In this document: positions 10,661 to 21,562 of the stretch, one piece after another
Layout: the number at the start of each line of letters is the position of its first letter
Position numbering within the stretch: position 1 is the first letter of the stretch
NCBI GenBank assembly: GCA_041918255.1
Contig: JAYRWD010000026.1
Coordinates: 9,977-73,976, forward strand
Direction: 5' to 3'
DNA: 64,000 nt
Source: Candidatus Dojkabacteria bacterium
GTDB lineage: Bacteria > Patescibacteriota > Dojkabacteria > B142 > WJKM01
Notes under the pieces: generated by a model
What the model saw: the letters and a program-made list of their open reading frames with translations, nothing else
What the model was told of the DNA's origin: nothing
Database searches by the model: none
Translations under genes and position numbers: made by a program

Positions 10661-10734
10661 TGCATCTAACAGGATTTGAACCTGTAACCTCTTCTTCCGC
10701 AAAGAAGTGCTCTATCCAATTGAGCTATAGATGC
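10661..10734 (-). tRNA. tRNA-Arg (anticodon GCG)
   Basis: Minus-strand sequence GCATCTA-TA-GCTC-AATTGGATA-GAGC-A-CTTCT-TTGCGGA-AGAAG-AGGTT-ACAGG-TTCAAAT-CCTGT-TAGATGC-A. All four stems pair, the A20 arginine identity element is present, and CCA is not encoded. Confidence 0.85.
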
Positions 10735-10949
10735 ACGGCGAATATCCGTATCTAGTGTTATGTATTTTAACACCAGACATTACTAATAACAAAAATTATC
10801 ATATTTAAATCTCATGCCACACCCTTATCCATAATTCTACAGACTTTGTGGAAACTGAAGGAAAATGTTTAATTTTGCAACAGCAAGATCCAAATATATT
10901 CATATGGTAATTACAAGCGCGAAACTGCTTGAGGTAGGCTTTTATCGGG

Positions 10950-11537
10950 CTATATCTCGGTGATACGCAGTGGTTTGCCGTCCACTAAACGATCTATTAA
11001 CGCATTTAATCCGCTACTTTCTTGATACTCTATATGATTCAACATATCTTTGACTAACTTCACAACCAATTTTTCTTCTACAACAATTTTTAATTTACCC
11101 TTGCCAGGAAGCATCTCTACATTAAGAAGAAAAAACCCGTGCTTTTTACTTACCCAAAAATTTTTCATATCCTTCCAAAAAAAATGCTTAATCCCAGCCT
11201 TTACACCTTTATCGGTTAAAGCATATTCGACAATGCGTGGATTTATGGTATCTAATACATAAAGTAGGCTTGTTACTGCAAGTACCGCGGCAATAAGAAA
11301 AAAATTCTCAACCAAGATGGCAAATACGATACTTACGACCAACATTACTGCAAGTGAAATATACCAATTTACTCCGTGTTCGACTCTAGGTCTTTCGGGG
11401 GCTGTCCACTCCAATACTATCTCCAAGGGTTTAGGTTTATTTTCACTGGCTTCACTGGCGACACGGTCTAATTCGTTGAGTCGACTCTGCAATTCATATA
11501 TTTGTTTATGCAACATCTGTATTTCTTCTGTTTTCAA
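10950..11537 (-). CDS. Hypothetical membrane protein with an N-terminal coiled coil and two TM helices.
   Basis: A 195-aa product; the TM pair is VNWYISLAVMLVVSIVFAILV / FFLIAAVLAVTSLLYVL. It may be a bacterial PH-domain-type protein, but I am not certain. Confidence 0.4.
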   Translation of the reverse strand: MKTEEIQMLHKQIYELQSRLNELDRVASEASENKPKPLEIVLEWTAPERPRVEHGVNWYISLAVMLVVSIVFAILVENFFLIAAVLAVTSLLYVLDTINPRIVEYALTDKGVKAGIKHFFWKDMKNFWVSKKHGFFLLNVEMLPGKGKLKIVVEEKLVVKLVKDMLNHIEYQESSGLNALIDRLVDGKPLRITEI

Positions 11538-11561
11538 TTTGAGTCCTATTTAATAACTATT

Positions 11562-12038
11562 TCAATTTAAAATCCAGAATCCGATATTTAAGTATAGCGC
11601 AAAACAACACCAAAAAAGATAGGGAAAAGCTATACGCGCTGCAAACTGATCTACCCGATACATAGATCGGATCCACAATAAGATCGTGAGAATGAGGATG
11701 GTCAAAATTATTATTGATAAATCAATTTCGTGAAACCCAAAAAAGATTATCGTCCACAGAGAATTAAATACGAGCTGTGCCCAAAAAAGTATTGTTATTC
11801 TTTTTGTGTTAAACCCCTTCACAACCGAGACAATTTTTACCTTCGCCATACCGACTCCAATAGAAGTGTATAGTATTAACCAAACTGGCGCGAATACCCA
11901 ATTCGGCGGAGTTAGAGGAGGGGAGAGTAAATGCGCGTACCAAGAATTGATAGATGGAGTAATGAAAATTGCTCCCAGAAATCCCGCTAATTGGGCGACC
12001 AAAACCCACAAAATTAATTTTTTTGTCTTGTCCATCAA
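11562..12038 (-). CDS. tspO: TspO/MBR family tryptophan-rich sensory protein
   Basis: A 158-aa product with five predicted TM helices and the TspO hallmark WYAHLLSPPLTPPNWVFAPVWLILYTSIG. Confidence 0.75.
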   Translation of the reverse strand: MMDKTKKLILWVLVAQLAGFLGAIFITPSINSWYAHLLSPPLTPPNWVFAPVWLILYTSIGVGMAKVKIVSVVKGFNTKRITILFWAQLVFNSLWTIIFFGFHEIDLSIIILTILILTILLWIRSMYRVDQFAARIAFPYLFWCCFALYLNIGFWILN

Positions 12039-12412
12039 TGGATAATATGAATACTTTAAAACATTTCTAAATAACCACTGTCACCATGGCTATACATCCT
12101 CTTTCAAGAGTTGACTTGCCACAAAAGCGACGAATACCCATCCAATAAGTACATCTATCAAATTAATTACCGTGAATTCCAATGGCATGGCGAACCATAT
12201 TGCCTGTGGCAAAATTGAATGTGCATTTAGCGTGACAGCATTACAGTTTAATGGTTATAGAAATTAATCTGTTTTTTCAATATTCGACAACTAAGCAATA
12301 TTTATTATAGTACTATTTATTTCATTATAGAGATTAAGACTATTTATTAGAAAAAAATTACTTCCTGTGATTTTCAATATTTCAATTACTATGAAGCCAT
12401 TAAATTAGGAAA

Positions 12413-13084
12413 ATGATTGAATACACCCTCTTTTGTGTAGTTTTGCTTTATACGGCTCAATGGAGCCTATTAAATCTATTATTAGGTAGCCTTGGGGCAA
12501 AAAAATTCCCCATAACCATAGTTCATAACGATAGCATCAGGCAATTAATAAAGAACAAAACAGGGATAGAAGTCAAAACAATCAAAATTTCAGAATCCAA
12601 CAGCCCTTTTGGAATGATGATTGGTATTCCAACCAAACCTCAGCTTTTGCTTTCAAGAATACTTTACGATACATTTACACCTGATGAATTGGAATATGTG
12701 GTTCTACATGAAGTTGGACATTACTACCTATGGCATACTGTTACCGAGCTTGCAATTGGAATAATATTGTTTGTTGACGGTATTGTGATCCTCGGCAGTA
12801 CTCCGTCACTTTACAAATCTGTTCCCACCGCCTTATTACTTGGACTAGTGTTTGGCGTCATTATGGTTCGCCTTGGAAGGCTAAATGAATATCAGGCTGA
12901 TGCATACTCCCTTAGGCATATGACAAACCCACGGGGTATGGTTCTGGCAACAAATAAATTTAAAAGCCATTATAAAGGAAATAGAAATAAAATCATCGAG
13001 TTTCTGTTTTATCGTGGGAATCCTTTCGACAACAGAATAAAAATGGCTGAGGCCGAAATCGAAAGAAGAAAAACAAGTGAATAA
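12413..13084 (+). CDS. Membrane-anchored HExxH zinc metallopeptidase (M48/M56-like)
   Basis: An N-terminal TM helix, then VVLHEVGHYYLWH (HExxH plus a downstream His) and a further TM segment. Confidence 0.5.
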   Translation: MIEYTLFCVVLLYTAQWSLLNLLLGSLGAKKFPITIVHNDSIRQLIKNKTGIEVKTIKISESNSPFGMMIGIPTKPQLLLSRILYDTFTPDELEYVVLHEVGHYYLWHTVTELAIGIILFVDGIVILGSTPSLYKSVPTALLLGLVFGVIMVRLGRLNEYQADAYSLRHMTNPRGMVLATNKFKSHYKGNRNKIIEFLFYRGNPFDNRIKMAEAEIERRKTSE

Positions 13085-13313
13085 TTGGCACACGCTCTTC
13101 TGGGGAACAAGCCTAGGTTTGTTAACTCAATATGTTTATGGCTTGGAGTGAAGTACAGATCATTTATGTAAAATCTTAAAAGGTCAGATTGCAAGAAAGT
13201 AGTATCAATTATAAAGACGCACTTAGCCGTTAATTCTTGCCATAATATTTATTCCTCTTAACCATACTATCCTCCAAAGACATGATATACTTGCTAAGTT
13301 AGATATATTCACC

Positions 13314-15008
13314 ATGCAAATTCGAATCCTTATCGAAAAACTCTTACAAGATATTACAGGCGATCCGAACGCCGTTTTGGAACGCCCAAATGATACCTCA
13401 AACGGAGACTATGCAAGCAATATTGCCCTACGTGAGTGCAAAAGACTTAAAAGGTCACCAGTAGATTTAGCCAACGAATATGCCAGTAAGCTAGACTTAG
13501 CTTTGCGAAAAGATGGCATCACCGTAAGAGTTGCTGGAAATGGCTTTATAAACTTCACTCTGCCAAAAAAGGTACTTGCCCTTGAGACTGAAAAAATTTT
13601 AAAACAAAAGGAGGATTACGGGCTAATTAAGTTGAAAAAACCACAACGAATTCTTGTCGAATATGGTCAGCCCAATACACATAAACTTCCACATATAGGT
13701 CATCTCTTTTCCTATATTTGCGGTGAGTCAATAGCGAGACTTATCGAACAAAATGGACACGTAGTGCGACGGGTCAATTATCAAGGAGATATCGGTCCCC
13801 ATGTAGCCAAAAGTTTATACGCGTGGATCAAAAAAGGTAAGCCCGATCCGAAAATACCAAGAGAACGTGTTGAGCTTTTGCAACAGTGTTATCAAGAAGG
13901 ATCCGCCCTCTATGCGGAGAATGAAGATGCAAAAAAAGAAATTGGCCTACTTAACCAGTTAATATATAAAAAAGCTCCTCAAATACTCCAAGATTGGGAG
14001 ATAACTAGATCATGGTCACTTGACTATTACCGAGAATTTGAAAAGAAGCTGGGTATCTCACAGGTCCAATTTTATGTTGAGAGCGGGGTTTGGGAAATTG
14101 GTTTGCAGGAAGTTAAAAATAACATCGGAAAAGTTTTTTCTCAAAGCGAAGGAGCGGTTGTTTTTGAAGGCGAGAGATTTGGATTTCACACCCGGGTGTT
14201 TATTACAAAAGCAGGAAACCCAACATATGAGGCAAAAGACATGGGTCTCATAAAACGTAAAAAGGATGATTGGATTTTCGACCTCAATGTAATAACCACC
14301 GCTGTCGAACAAAACGAATATTTCAAAGTAATAATTGCCGCTGCAGAAATTCTTTATCCTGAGCTCAAAGACAAATTAAAACATATTGGCTTCGGTATGA
14401 TAAGTCTAAAATCTGGCAAGATGAGTTCCCGAACAGGAAAAATTGTCAGCGCAATGGGATTAGTAGAGGAGGTTGAATTAAAAGTTAAAACAATTCTTTC
14501 GGGTCGCCCAGATTTGAATGAAGAGGAAAAAGAGAAAATTGTAACTAAAGTTGCGCTCGGCGCAATCAAGTATGCGTTTTTGCGTGGAAATATTTCACAA
14601 AACATGGCGTTTGATATCGACGAGAGTGTCTCGCTCGAGGGAAACTCTGGTCCATATATCCAATATACTTGCGCAAGGGGCAAATCCATCTTGCGAAAAC
14701 ATAATGCCAAAACCTCTAAAAATATATCCGCGGACAAACTAAATCTTACTGAGGTAAATCTGCTTCGCCAACTTTACTTTTACCACGAAACGCTTGAAAA
14801 GGCCTATGCTACCAACAGTCCACACCTAATGTGTACCTATCTATTCTTCCTTGCGCAATCTTTCAACTCTTTTTACAATACTTGCAATATCCTGACCGAA
14901 CCGGATCCAGTAATCAAAAACAATAGGCTCAATATTGTCGCAGCAACGGTACAAATTCTTTCTCTTGGTTTAGACATCTTAGGAATTGAAACCGTAGAAA
15001 AAATGTGA
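13314..15008 (+). CDS. argS: Arginyl-tRNA synthetase
   Basis: An N-terminal ArgRS add-on domain (ERPNDTSNGDYASNIAL), a class I HIGH motif (PHIGH), the MSSRTGK (KMSKS-equivalent) motif and a C-terminal DALR-like anticodon-binding region. Confidence 0.85.
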   Translation: MQIRILIEKLLQDITGDPNAVLERPNDTSNGDYASNIALRECKRLKRSPVDLANEYASKLDLALRKDGITVRVAGNGFINFTLPKKVLALETEKILKQKEDYGLIKLKKPQRILVEYGQPNTHKLPHIGHLFSYICGESIARLIEQNGHVVRRVNYQGDIGPHVAKSLYAWIKKGKPDPKIPRERVELLQQCYQEGSALYAENEDAKKEIGLLNQLIYKKAPQILQDWEITRSWSLDYYREFEKKLGISQVQFYVESGVWEIGLQEVKNNIGKVFSQSEGAVVFEGERFGFHTRVFITKAGNPTYEAKDMGLIKRKKDDWIFDLNVITTAVEQNEYFKVIIAAAEILYPELKDKLKHIGFGMISLKSGKMSSRTGKIVSAMGLVEEVELKVKTILSGRPDLNEEEKEKIVTKVALGAIKYAFLRGNISQNMAFDIDESVSLEGNSGPYIQYTCARGKSILRKHNAKTSKNISADKLNLTEVNLLRQLYFYHETLEKAYATNSPHLMCTYLFFLAQSFNSFYNTCNILTEPDPVIKNNRLNIVAATVQILSLGLDILGIETVEKM

Positions 15009-15019
15009 TGACGAAATTT

Positions 15020-16831
15020 TTAGTTCCTTAACGTTATCTTTCGTTTTATTGCTACCATTAAACCACCTCCCCAAAAAATAACTAAACCACAGACCCCTAG
15101 GAAAAAAATTTGGGACCGGTTATTAATATCAATCCCGTCACGTAAAGACTGTGCCCCACCAACTAAGCGATCAGCAAGATATTCACTCAACATTTCGCCC
15201 AGGCTTCTGTCAATTTTAGGAAATTCGGCAAGTATCTCTTTTTGCGATTTGTATTGGTCAAAAATTTCAGGGGACAGATCTACCGTTTTTATTAAAAAAC
15301 TCGGTAATTCCAAATCAACGCTTTTTTTGCCATATGCCTGCACCGCGACACTTGGTGGTTCTTCAGGATTCTTATACGCCACATGGGTAAATAAATGATT
15401 CAAATCTCCACCTACAAGGAGATCGCCCGATTCTCCCCACGTGACATCCACATCTACCCATCGGCCTAATTTCGGCATATAAATTTGCACCCATTGATGT
15501 GCTTCCTGACCTGTAGAAGCAACTCTAGCATCATATCCATATCCATAAACAGCGCGAGTCGCTATACCCGCCGCTCTTGCCAATGTCAAAAATAAATCAG
15601 AATACTCCATACACACCGCAGATCCTCCCTGTAAAGTCTTTAGGGCTCCCTGACGCACGTTTAAACCAAATCTCTTTACTTGACTATAATCTATATGATC
15701 AACTACATAATTATAAATATTTGCCGATACAGTGTAGACGTTATTCTGTTCACCTTTTAGACGATTCGCCAATTGCACAATTTCTGGATTTTCAACCTCC
15801 CAGTATTGGGCCGGCTTCGTATAAAGTTCCCTCATATCAGCACTAAGCTGCCCAATATCCCCAGCTTCAGCTTGAAAATTAATATCGTCCCCTTCCTCAA
15901 CAACTGCATATCCTGTCACCGTTATATTTTGAGCTTCATTTGTTTTAAATTTAAAACTTGCTATCAAGTTGCCCGATTCATCTTCAATAACTTGAATAGG
16001 GGAGGGAATTATAGAGTCGAAGTAAACCTTTTGCGTTACCTTTCCCCCTTCGATATCACGAGGTATTAACAAAGCATACTCATTGGCTAAACCTGACAGA
16101 ATATTTTCGCTTGGTTTAATTTCCTGTTGGATTTCAAATCGATATATCTGCCACGTGCCAAGCTGTATCCACGCGTATTTCCCCACCAAGCTATCCTGGG
16201 CAAATTGAAAAATCTCATAATCTCCCTCTTTGGAACGCCTTGCTGGTTGAGGAGATACGAAATGAATTGTTTTATTTATACTGTTTGGAACTTTAACTGT
16301 CGTTTTGTATAAATACTCCGCAGTATTTGTAGAAAAAACAAAACCTTTTGCAAACCCATTTACGTATATATCCACCAATGCCCCATTTGTATAGGCCAGC
16401 CCGGGATGGATATATTTGATATCCACAGTTTTCTTTTCACCAGGTATTAAATTTTGTTTGAACGTTGTCCATATATGAGCAGTCTCATCTTCAATATTTG
16501 AAGAGAAGTTTATTTCCCTATTACCTTCACGCATGATTAAACTTCTTATTGTCCTCTCTAAAAGTAGGTTTATATCTGGGTCGTTTTGCCGGAATCCAAT
16601 TATCTGAAAATCAATTTTTTCACCAGCTGGGATATATAATTCTTGTGATTCATTTGTAATCGTCTGTGTTTCGGTTACTTCTAATTGTTTTTGTACATTC
16701 AGTTCGTATGTCCTATCGACTTCTATTTTTATCTTTGCCGAAGCTTTGTTTGAAAAAAGTATAAAAAAAAGAAAAAGTGTCGAGATTTTTAGTAAAATCG
16801 TAAGTCCCGATCTCCGTTTATAATTTTTCAT
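15020..16831 (-). CDS. Transglutaminase-like cysteine protease domain protein. It is secreted and carries a C-terminal TM anchor.
   Basis: A signal peptide is followed by the transglutaminase core GGSAVCMEYSDLFLTLARAAGIATRAVYGYGYD, with downstream His/Asp. The last roughly 30 aa are hydrophobic. Confidence 0.7.
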   Translation of the reverse strand: MKNYKRRSGLTILLKISTLFLFFILFSNKASAKIKIEVDRTYELNVQKQLEVTETQTITNESQELYIPAGEKIDFQIIGFRQNDPDINLLLERTIRSLIMREGNREINFSSNIEDETAHIWTTFKQNLIPGEKKTVDIKYIHPGLAYTNGALVDIYVNGFAKGFVFSTNTAEYLYKTTVKVPNSINKTIHFVSPQPARRSKEGDYEIFQFAQDSLVGKYAWIQLGTWQIYRFEIQQEIKPSENILSGLANEYALLIPRDIEGGKVTQKVYFDSIIPSPIQVIEDESGNLIASFKFKTNEAQNITVTGYAVVEEGDDINFQAEAGDIGQLSADMRELYTKPAQYWEVENPEIVQLANRLKGEQNNVYTVSANIYNYVVDHIDYSQVKRFGLNVRQGALKTLQGGSAVCMEYSDLFLTLARAAGIATRAVYGYGYDARVASTGQEAHQWVQIYMPKLGRWVDVDVTWGESGDLLVGGDLNHLFTHVAYKNPEEPPSVAVQAYGKKSVDLELPSFLIKTVDLSPEIFDQYKSQKEILAEFPKIDRSLGEMLSEYLADRLVGGAQSLRDGIDINNRSQIFFLGVCGLVIFWGGGLMVAIKRKITLRN

Positions 16832-16869
16832 GACAGATAGATAAATTCTTTAGCACATTTTAAATTACC

Positions 16870-19041
16870 ATGGGTTCACTTACAAACACATTACCACCAC
16901 AGGATAATATTCTACACTCTCTTAACCCAATGCAACGTGAGGCTGCCGGATATGTTGATGGACCATTATTGATTTTAGCAGGAGCAGGGTCGGGAAAAAC
17001 ACGAGTTCTCACACATAGAATAGCGTATATTATCGCGAATGGATTTGCAAGACCAGGCGAAATCATGGCCGTTACTTTCACCAATAAAGCGGCCGAAGAG
17101 ATGAAAAACAGAATATCTGAATTGCTTAGTGCCTATCAAATTTCCGCCGGCTCTCGCACTCTCTTCTGGTGCGGAACTTTTCATTCTGTTTGTGTTAAGG
17201 TTCTACGTAAAGAAGCACAGGCAGTTGGCATAAACCCCAAATTCAGCATATATGACGCAACTGATTCCCTCAGCGTTGTTAAGGAAGCAATGAAACGTCT
17301 AAATATTGACAAAAAAAAGTTTAGTCCCCATGCTATTCGCGCAACTATTTCCTCCGCAAAAAACGAACTCATATCACCCCAGGAATATTTGGATATAGCC
17401 GAATCTTACTTTCTTTCAACAGTTGCTGATATTTATCCTGTGTATCAAAAAATTCTAGATGAAAATAATGCATATGATTTTGATGATTTAATTTTCAAAA
17501 CCTTTATACTTTTTCGTGACCATCCACAGATTTTGGGAAAATATAAACATCTTTTTAAATTTATACTTGTAGACGAGTACCAAGATACAAATAAAGCACA
17601 ATACGTTGTGATCAAACTTCTCTCAAATAATAACCTCTGTGTTGTCGGAGACGACGATCAAAGTATATATGGCTTTCGAGGCGCAAATATTACAAATATT
17701 TTAAATTTTGAGAGGGATTTTCCAAATTCCAAAATTGTTAAACTAGAACAAAATTATCGTTCTACTCAACCCATACTTGATGCCTCACATTCAGTTGTAA
17801 AACACGTCAAATCCAGAAGGGCAAAGCGACTTTGGACAGAGAAGAAGGGTGGCAATCCAATTACAGTTTATAGGGCCCTAGATGAGACAGACGAGGCTGA
17901 GTGGGTCTCGCTTCAGTGTGAGGATATAATAAAAACCTTTCGTTCACATGATATCGCGGTGCTTTACCGCACAAACGCACAGTCCCGCTCAATCGAAGAG
18001 TCCTTCATCAAACATGATCTGCCCTATAAAATCGTTGGTGGGGTTAGATTCTATGATAGAAAAGAGGTTAAAGATATCCTAGCCTATTTAAAAACTCTGC
18101 AAAACCCAAAGGATAGCCTAAGTCTTGAACGTATAATCAATTACCCTAGACGCGGTATTGGTGCAAAAACAATCGAAACTATACGCACTTCTGCTCTAAG
18201 TATGGGACTTTCTCCCACTGAGTTTTTGAAGCAAGAGAGAATGAACATAAAGACGGAAGAACTAAAAAACTTTACAGAATTGCTTTTCACTCTAGAACAA
18301 AATATTACGAAGTATAAGCTTTCTGATTTCATAAATTTTGTTTTAAATAAAACAGGATATATTGAATTTTTAGACGACGGAACCATTGAAAGCCAAGGCA
18401 GGATTGAAAACATACAAGAACTTGTTTCCGTGGCAAGTAGATACGACGGGCAAGAAAATCGAATACTTGCACTCGAACATTTTTTAGAGGATATAAGCCT
18501 ATTAGAAGACAAAACAGATAAAACCGGCGATTTCTCAAAACCTGCAATAACGCTTATGACCGTACATGCAGCCAAAGGTTTGGAACATTCTTTTATCTTT
18601 GTTGTCGGTATGGAGGAGATGCTTTTCCCGCACGCAAGATCATATGCCAATCCTGCCGAGCTAGATGAAGAACGAAGGCTTGCATATGTTGCTATCACAA
18701 GAGCACGGGAATCACTATATTTATCGTATGCCGATTCGCGTGTTTCGTTTGGTAAAATCCAAACTAATCCTAGGTCCCGCTTTATCAATGACATACCGGC
18801 TTCATTGCTTAATATCATCGTCTCTCCATTCATACACGAAGATGACGCCTTCAGTCATTTCTACGAGGAAGAACCCGAAAAAGAACTACCTAAAGTAAAC
18901 GTAGGAGATAGAGTAAAGCACGACATTTTCGGTACCGGGGTAATTACAGATATTTCTCATTCGACTGCTACTATAGATTTTGGTCCGATCATCGGCGAAA
19001 AAGAACTCGCATTAGAATACGCCCCACTCGAAAAACTCTGA
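16870..19041 (+). CDS. pcrA: ATP-dependent DNA helicase PcrA/UvrD (SF1)
   Basis: Motif I AGAGSGKTRVLTHRIAYII and motif II VDEYQDTN. The remaining SF1 motifs follow through to VGMEEMLFPH. The product is 723 aa. Confidence 0.9.
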   Translation: MGSLTNTLPPQDNILHSLNPMQREAAGYVDGPLLILAGAGSGKTRVLTHRIAYIIANGFARPGEIMAVTFTNKAAEEMKNRISELLSAYQISAGSRTLFWCGTFHSVCVKVLRKEAQAVGINPKFSIYDATDSLSVVKEAMKRLNIDKKKFSPHAIRATISSAKNELISPQEYLDIAESYFLSTVADIYPVYQKILDENNAYDFDDLIFKTFILFRDHPQILGKYKHLFKFILVDEYQDTNKAQYVVIKLLSNNNLCVVGDDDQSIYGFRGANITNILNFERDFPNSKIVKLEQNYRSTQPILDASHSVVKHVKSRRAKRLWTEKKGGNPITVYRALDETDEAEWVSLQCEDIIKTFRSHDIAVLYRTNAQSRSIEESFIKHDLPYKIVGGVRFYDRKEVKDILAYLKTLQNPKDSLSLERIINYPRRGIGAKTIETIRTSALSMGLSPTEFLKQERMNIKTEELKNFTELLFTLEQNITKYKLSDFINFVLNKTGYIEFLDDGTIESQGRIENIQELVSVASRYDGQENRILALEHFLEDISLLEDKTDKTGDFSKPAITLMTVHAAKGLEHSFIFVVGMEEMLFPHARSYANPAELDEERRLAYVAITRARESLYLSYADSRVSFGKIQTNPRSRFINDIPASLLNIIVSPFIHEDDAFSHFYEEEPEKELPKVNVGDRVKHDIFGTGVITDISHSTATIDFGPIIGEKELALEYAPLEKL

Positions 19042-19090
19042 ACACCCTCCTCTCCAGTACTTTAATCACTTCTCTTTGAAACGACGAACA

Positions 19091-20416
19091 TTATTTATAT
19101 GTTTCTTCTAAAGCTTGCTTTGTCTTTCTGAACGCTTTAACAATCATACTGACCTCTTCATTTTTGATATTTATGTGTGTTGGAAGATTGATGACATGTT
19201 GTGCAAGCCATTCCGCTTTGGGGCATGAACCCTTCCGATATTGAAACGCCCCCAAATCAACATCTTCGCAATGAATGACGGAAGTATACCAATTTCCTAA
19301 GTATATATCTTCTTTTTCTAACTCTTTCAAAACAACGGCAGGCTCTTCGACTATTATAGGTACTCGCAACCAAGTTGCCTGTGCATATTTGTTTATTTGA
19401 ATTAGTTGAGGCAAGACTATCCCTCTAACTTTTTCTCCGAAGACAATTGGGCGTTGTTCGAATATTTCCTGTTCATAATACAAGGATGCAATTTTTTTTC
19501 TGTGTTCAATTTTTTCATTAAGTCCATCAAATTGTCTAGACGCCAGTGCGGCATTTAGTCCAAAAAAACCCCCGGGTAACCATCCTGGACGAAGGCCTTT
19601 CAATTCATACTTTGTGAGTCCTAATTCGAGAATTTTATATTTCTGTGCTATTTCAGCTATTTTCTCCCCAATAAATATCCCCCTTGCCTTAAAAAAAAGA
19701 AGTATTGGATTGAGCGCCTGCCTTATTTGATCCCTTATTCGCGTTTTCTTTCTTTTATTCCATATTTCTTGCAAACGTAACTCCCGTTGATCCGCATCAT
19801 CAACTTTCATATTGATCGTTGCGAATCCACCCCTTGTACCAGATAATACTTTTTCGTTACCGAACGAAAAGATAGCTGCATCTCCTATAGTCCCTGCTTT
19901 ATATTTTTGTCCCTCAATGAAAATTTCTTGACCAAGACTGTGACAACAATCCTCAATTAGAAGTATTTTTTTCCGAGAACAAAGTTCCTTGATCCTTCCA
20001 ATATCTGGTGCAATTCCAAAAGTATACTGTACGATAATCGCCTTTGTCTTAGGTGTAATTTTCTTCTCTAGATCCTCAATATCTAAATTAAAATTTGATA
20101 ATTCAATATCGATCCACACCGGGGTTGCCCCCGTCCAAACAATTGGATTCGGCAACGCGACACAAGTAAAGGCCTGTAAAGCCACCTCGTGTTTAGAATT
20201 AATTCCAAAAGCCTCTAATATCGCAAACAAAGCACTCCTACCACTATCAAAGCCGTACACTTTTTGACCTAAGTACGAGCTCAATTTACACTCTAATTCA
20301 AGAATTGATTTGTGGTCATTCCATCGCCAAATTCGGAGAAAATTCCATACACAAAAGAAAAAATCGTTTAGTCTGAGATTTGGTGCCCACGCTATATTGA
20401 TCTTTTTGACGCTCAT
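19091..20416 (-). CDS. DegT/DnrJ/EryC1/StrS-family PLP-dependent sugar aminotransferase
   Basis: Characteristic of this family are GFDSGRSAL, ALQAFTC, LIEDCCHSLG and the PLP-lysine region FSFGNEKVLSGTRGG. Confidence 0.75.
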   Translation of the reverse strand: MSVKKINIAWAPNLRLNDFFFCVWNFLRIWRWNDHKSILELECKLSSYLGQKVYGFDSGRSALFAILEAFGINSKHEVALQAFTCVALPNPIVWTGATPVWIDIELSNFNLDIEDLEKKITPKTKAIIVQYTFGIAPDIGRIKELCSRKKILLIEDCCHSLGQEIFIEGQKYKAGTIGDAAIFSFGNEKVLSGTRGGFATINMKVDDADQRELRLQEIWNKRKKTRIRDQIRQALNPILLFFKARGIFIGEKIAEIAQKYKILELGLTKYELKGLRPGWLPGGFFGLNAALASRQFDGLNEKIEHRKKIASLYYEQEIFEQRPIVFGEKVRGIVLPQLIQINKYAQATWLRVPIIVEEPAVVLKELEKEDIYLGNWYTSVIHCEDVDLGAFQYRKGSCPKAEWLAQHVINLPTHINIKNEEVSMIVKAFRKTKQALEETYK

Positions 20417-20434
20417 TTACTATTACTAATAATA

Positions 20435-21562
20435 TTACTCCAGCCTCATCGGCATAATTATGTGAATATATTCTGAGTCCTCCTTATCTTTAAATACACC
20501 TGGGGCAGAGGGTCCGTTTGTTTCGTATATAATCTCTTCACCTTCGATAGCATTTATCATGTCCTGCAAGAAACGCGCATTATAGGCTGTCTCAACCAAC
20601 TCCCCGCTTGTATTAACAATGTCGCAAATAGCTTCATTTTTTCCCATATCTATAACTTCCGAAGAAAGAACCAAATGATTCTGATCAGGTTTAACAATAA
20701 ATCTAGCTTTATTCCCAATAACGTTTCTAGCAAAAATGCCCACTATTTTGACTGCGTCTGCTAATTCGACCTTAAGTGCGCTAAAAGCATGTTGCTTATC
20801 TACTGGCAAAATATCCTCATAAGCAGGAAATTCTCCCTCGATAAGCCTTGTAGCCAACTCAATTTCGTTTAGTTTAAAAATCAATTGATTTTTTCCCTCT
20901 AGAAAAAACAGCTCTATCATATCCTTTTCCTGTGCCTCGCTTCTTATAATACGAGCTACTTCTAATAACGTCTTCGCAGGTACGATTTGATTAAATTCAT
21001 GATTTGCTCCTTCTTTAAGACTAATTTGTTTTTGTGAAAGACGAAAACCATCAACCGCAACAAGAGTTAATTTATGTTCCGTAATCTTGAGTAAGACTCC
21101 TGTCAAAACAGGACGAGCGGTATCTGTAGATGCTGAGAAAGCAGTTTTTTCAATCGCCTTAGCAAATAATAAAGCTCTTAATCTAACTATGGCTTTTCCT
21201 GTCGCGACAGGAACAGTCGGGAATTCATCCGCGGAGATAGTCACAAATTCGGCAGTATTATCCACCGACTTAACCACAAGCTTTGTACCTTCTTCAATAA
21301 TACTCAATTTCCCTGGTTTTAAAGAGCTAACAAATTCAAAGAGTAAACGGGCTGATACCGTCATTTTGCCTTCTTTCTCTACCTGTGCAGCTAAATTGAC
21401 ATTTATCCCCATTTCCAAATTAGTACTAGAGAGCTTAAATATTGAGTTTTGTGCTTCTATCAGTACATTATTTAATACCGGGATAGAAGGCCTTCCACTT
21501 ATCGCCTTGTTAATGTGAGAGAGAGCTTTGGCAAATTTTTCTTGTATTATTTCTGTTTTCAT
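20435..21562 (-). CDS. dnaN: DNA polymerase III beta sliding clamp
   Basis: A 375-aa product with three-domain clamp architecture. It lies immediately downstream of dnaA on the same strand. Confidence 0.85.
   Translation of the reverse strand: MKTEIIQEKFAKALSHINKAISGRPSIPVLNNVLIEAQNSIFKLSSTNLEMGINVNLAAQVEKEGKMTVSARLLFEFVSSLKPGKLSIIEEGTKLVVKSVDNTAEFVTISADEFPTVPVATGKAIVRLRALLFAKAIEKTAFSASTDTARPVLTGVLLKITEHKLTLVAVDGFRLSQKQISLKEGANHEFNQIVPAKTLLEVARIIRSEAQEKDMIELFFLEGKNQLIFKLNEIELATRLIEGEFPAYEDILPVDKQHAFSALKVELADAVKIVGIFARNVIGNKARFIVKPDQNHLVLSSEVIDMGKNEAICDIVNTSGELVETAYNARFLQDMINAIEGEEIIYETNGPSAPGVFKDKEDSEYIHIIMPMRLE

Noticed and set aside
16860-18898. Multiple ORFs overlapping pcrA on the other strand, including the 230-aa 18141..18833
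   Set aside because: pcrA has all SF1 helicase motifs. The 230-aa antisense product is Ser-rich low complexity, which is typical of antisense frames in AT-rich DNA.
21087-21518. A 143-aa plus-strand ORF inside dnaN
   Set aside because: It is antisense to the sliding-clamp gene, and its only 'membrane-like' character comes from codon-bias mirroring.
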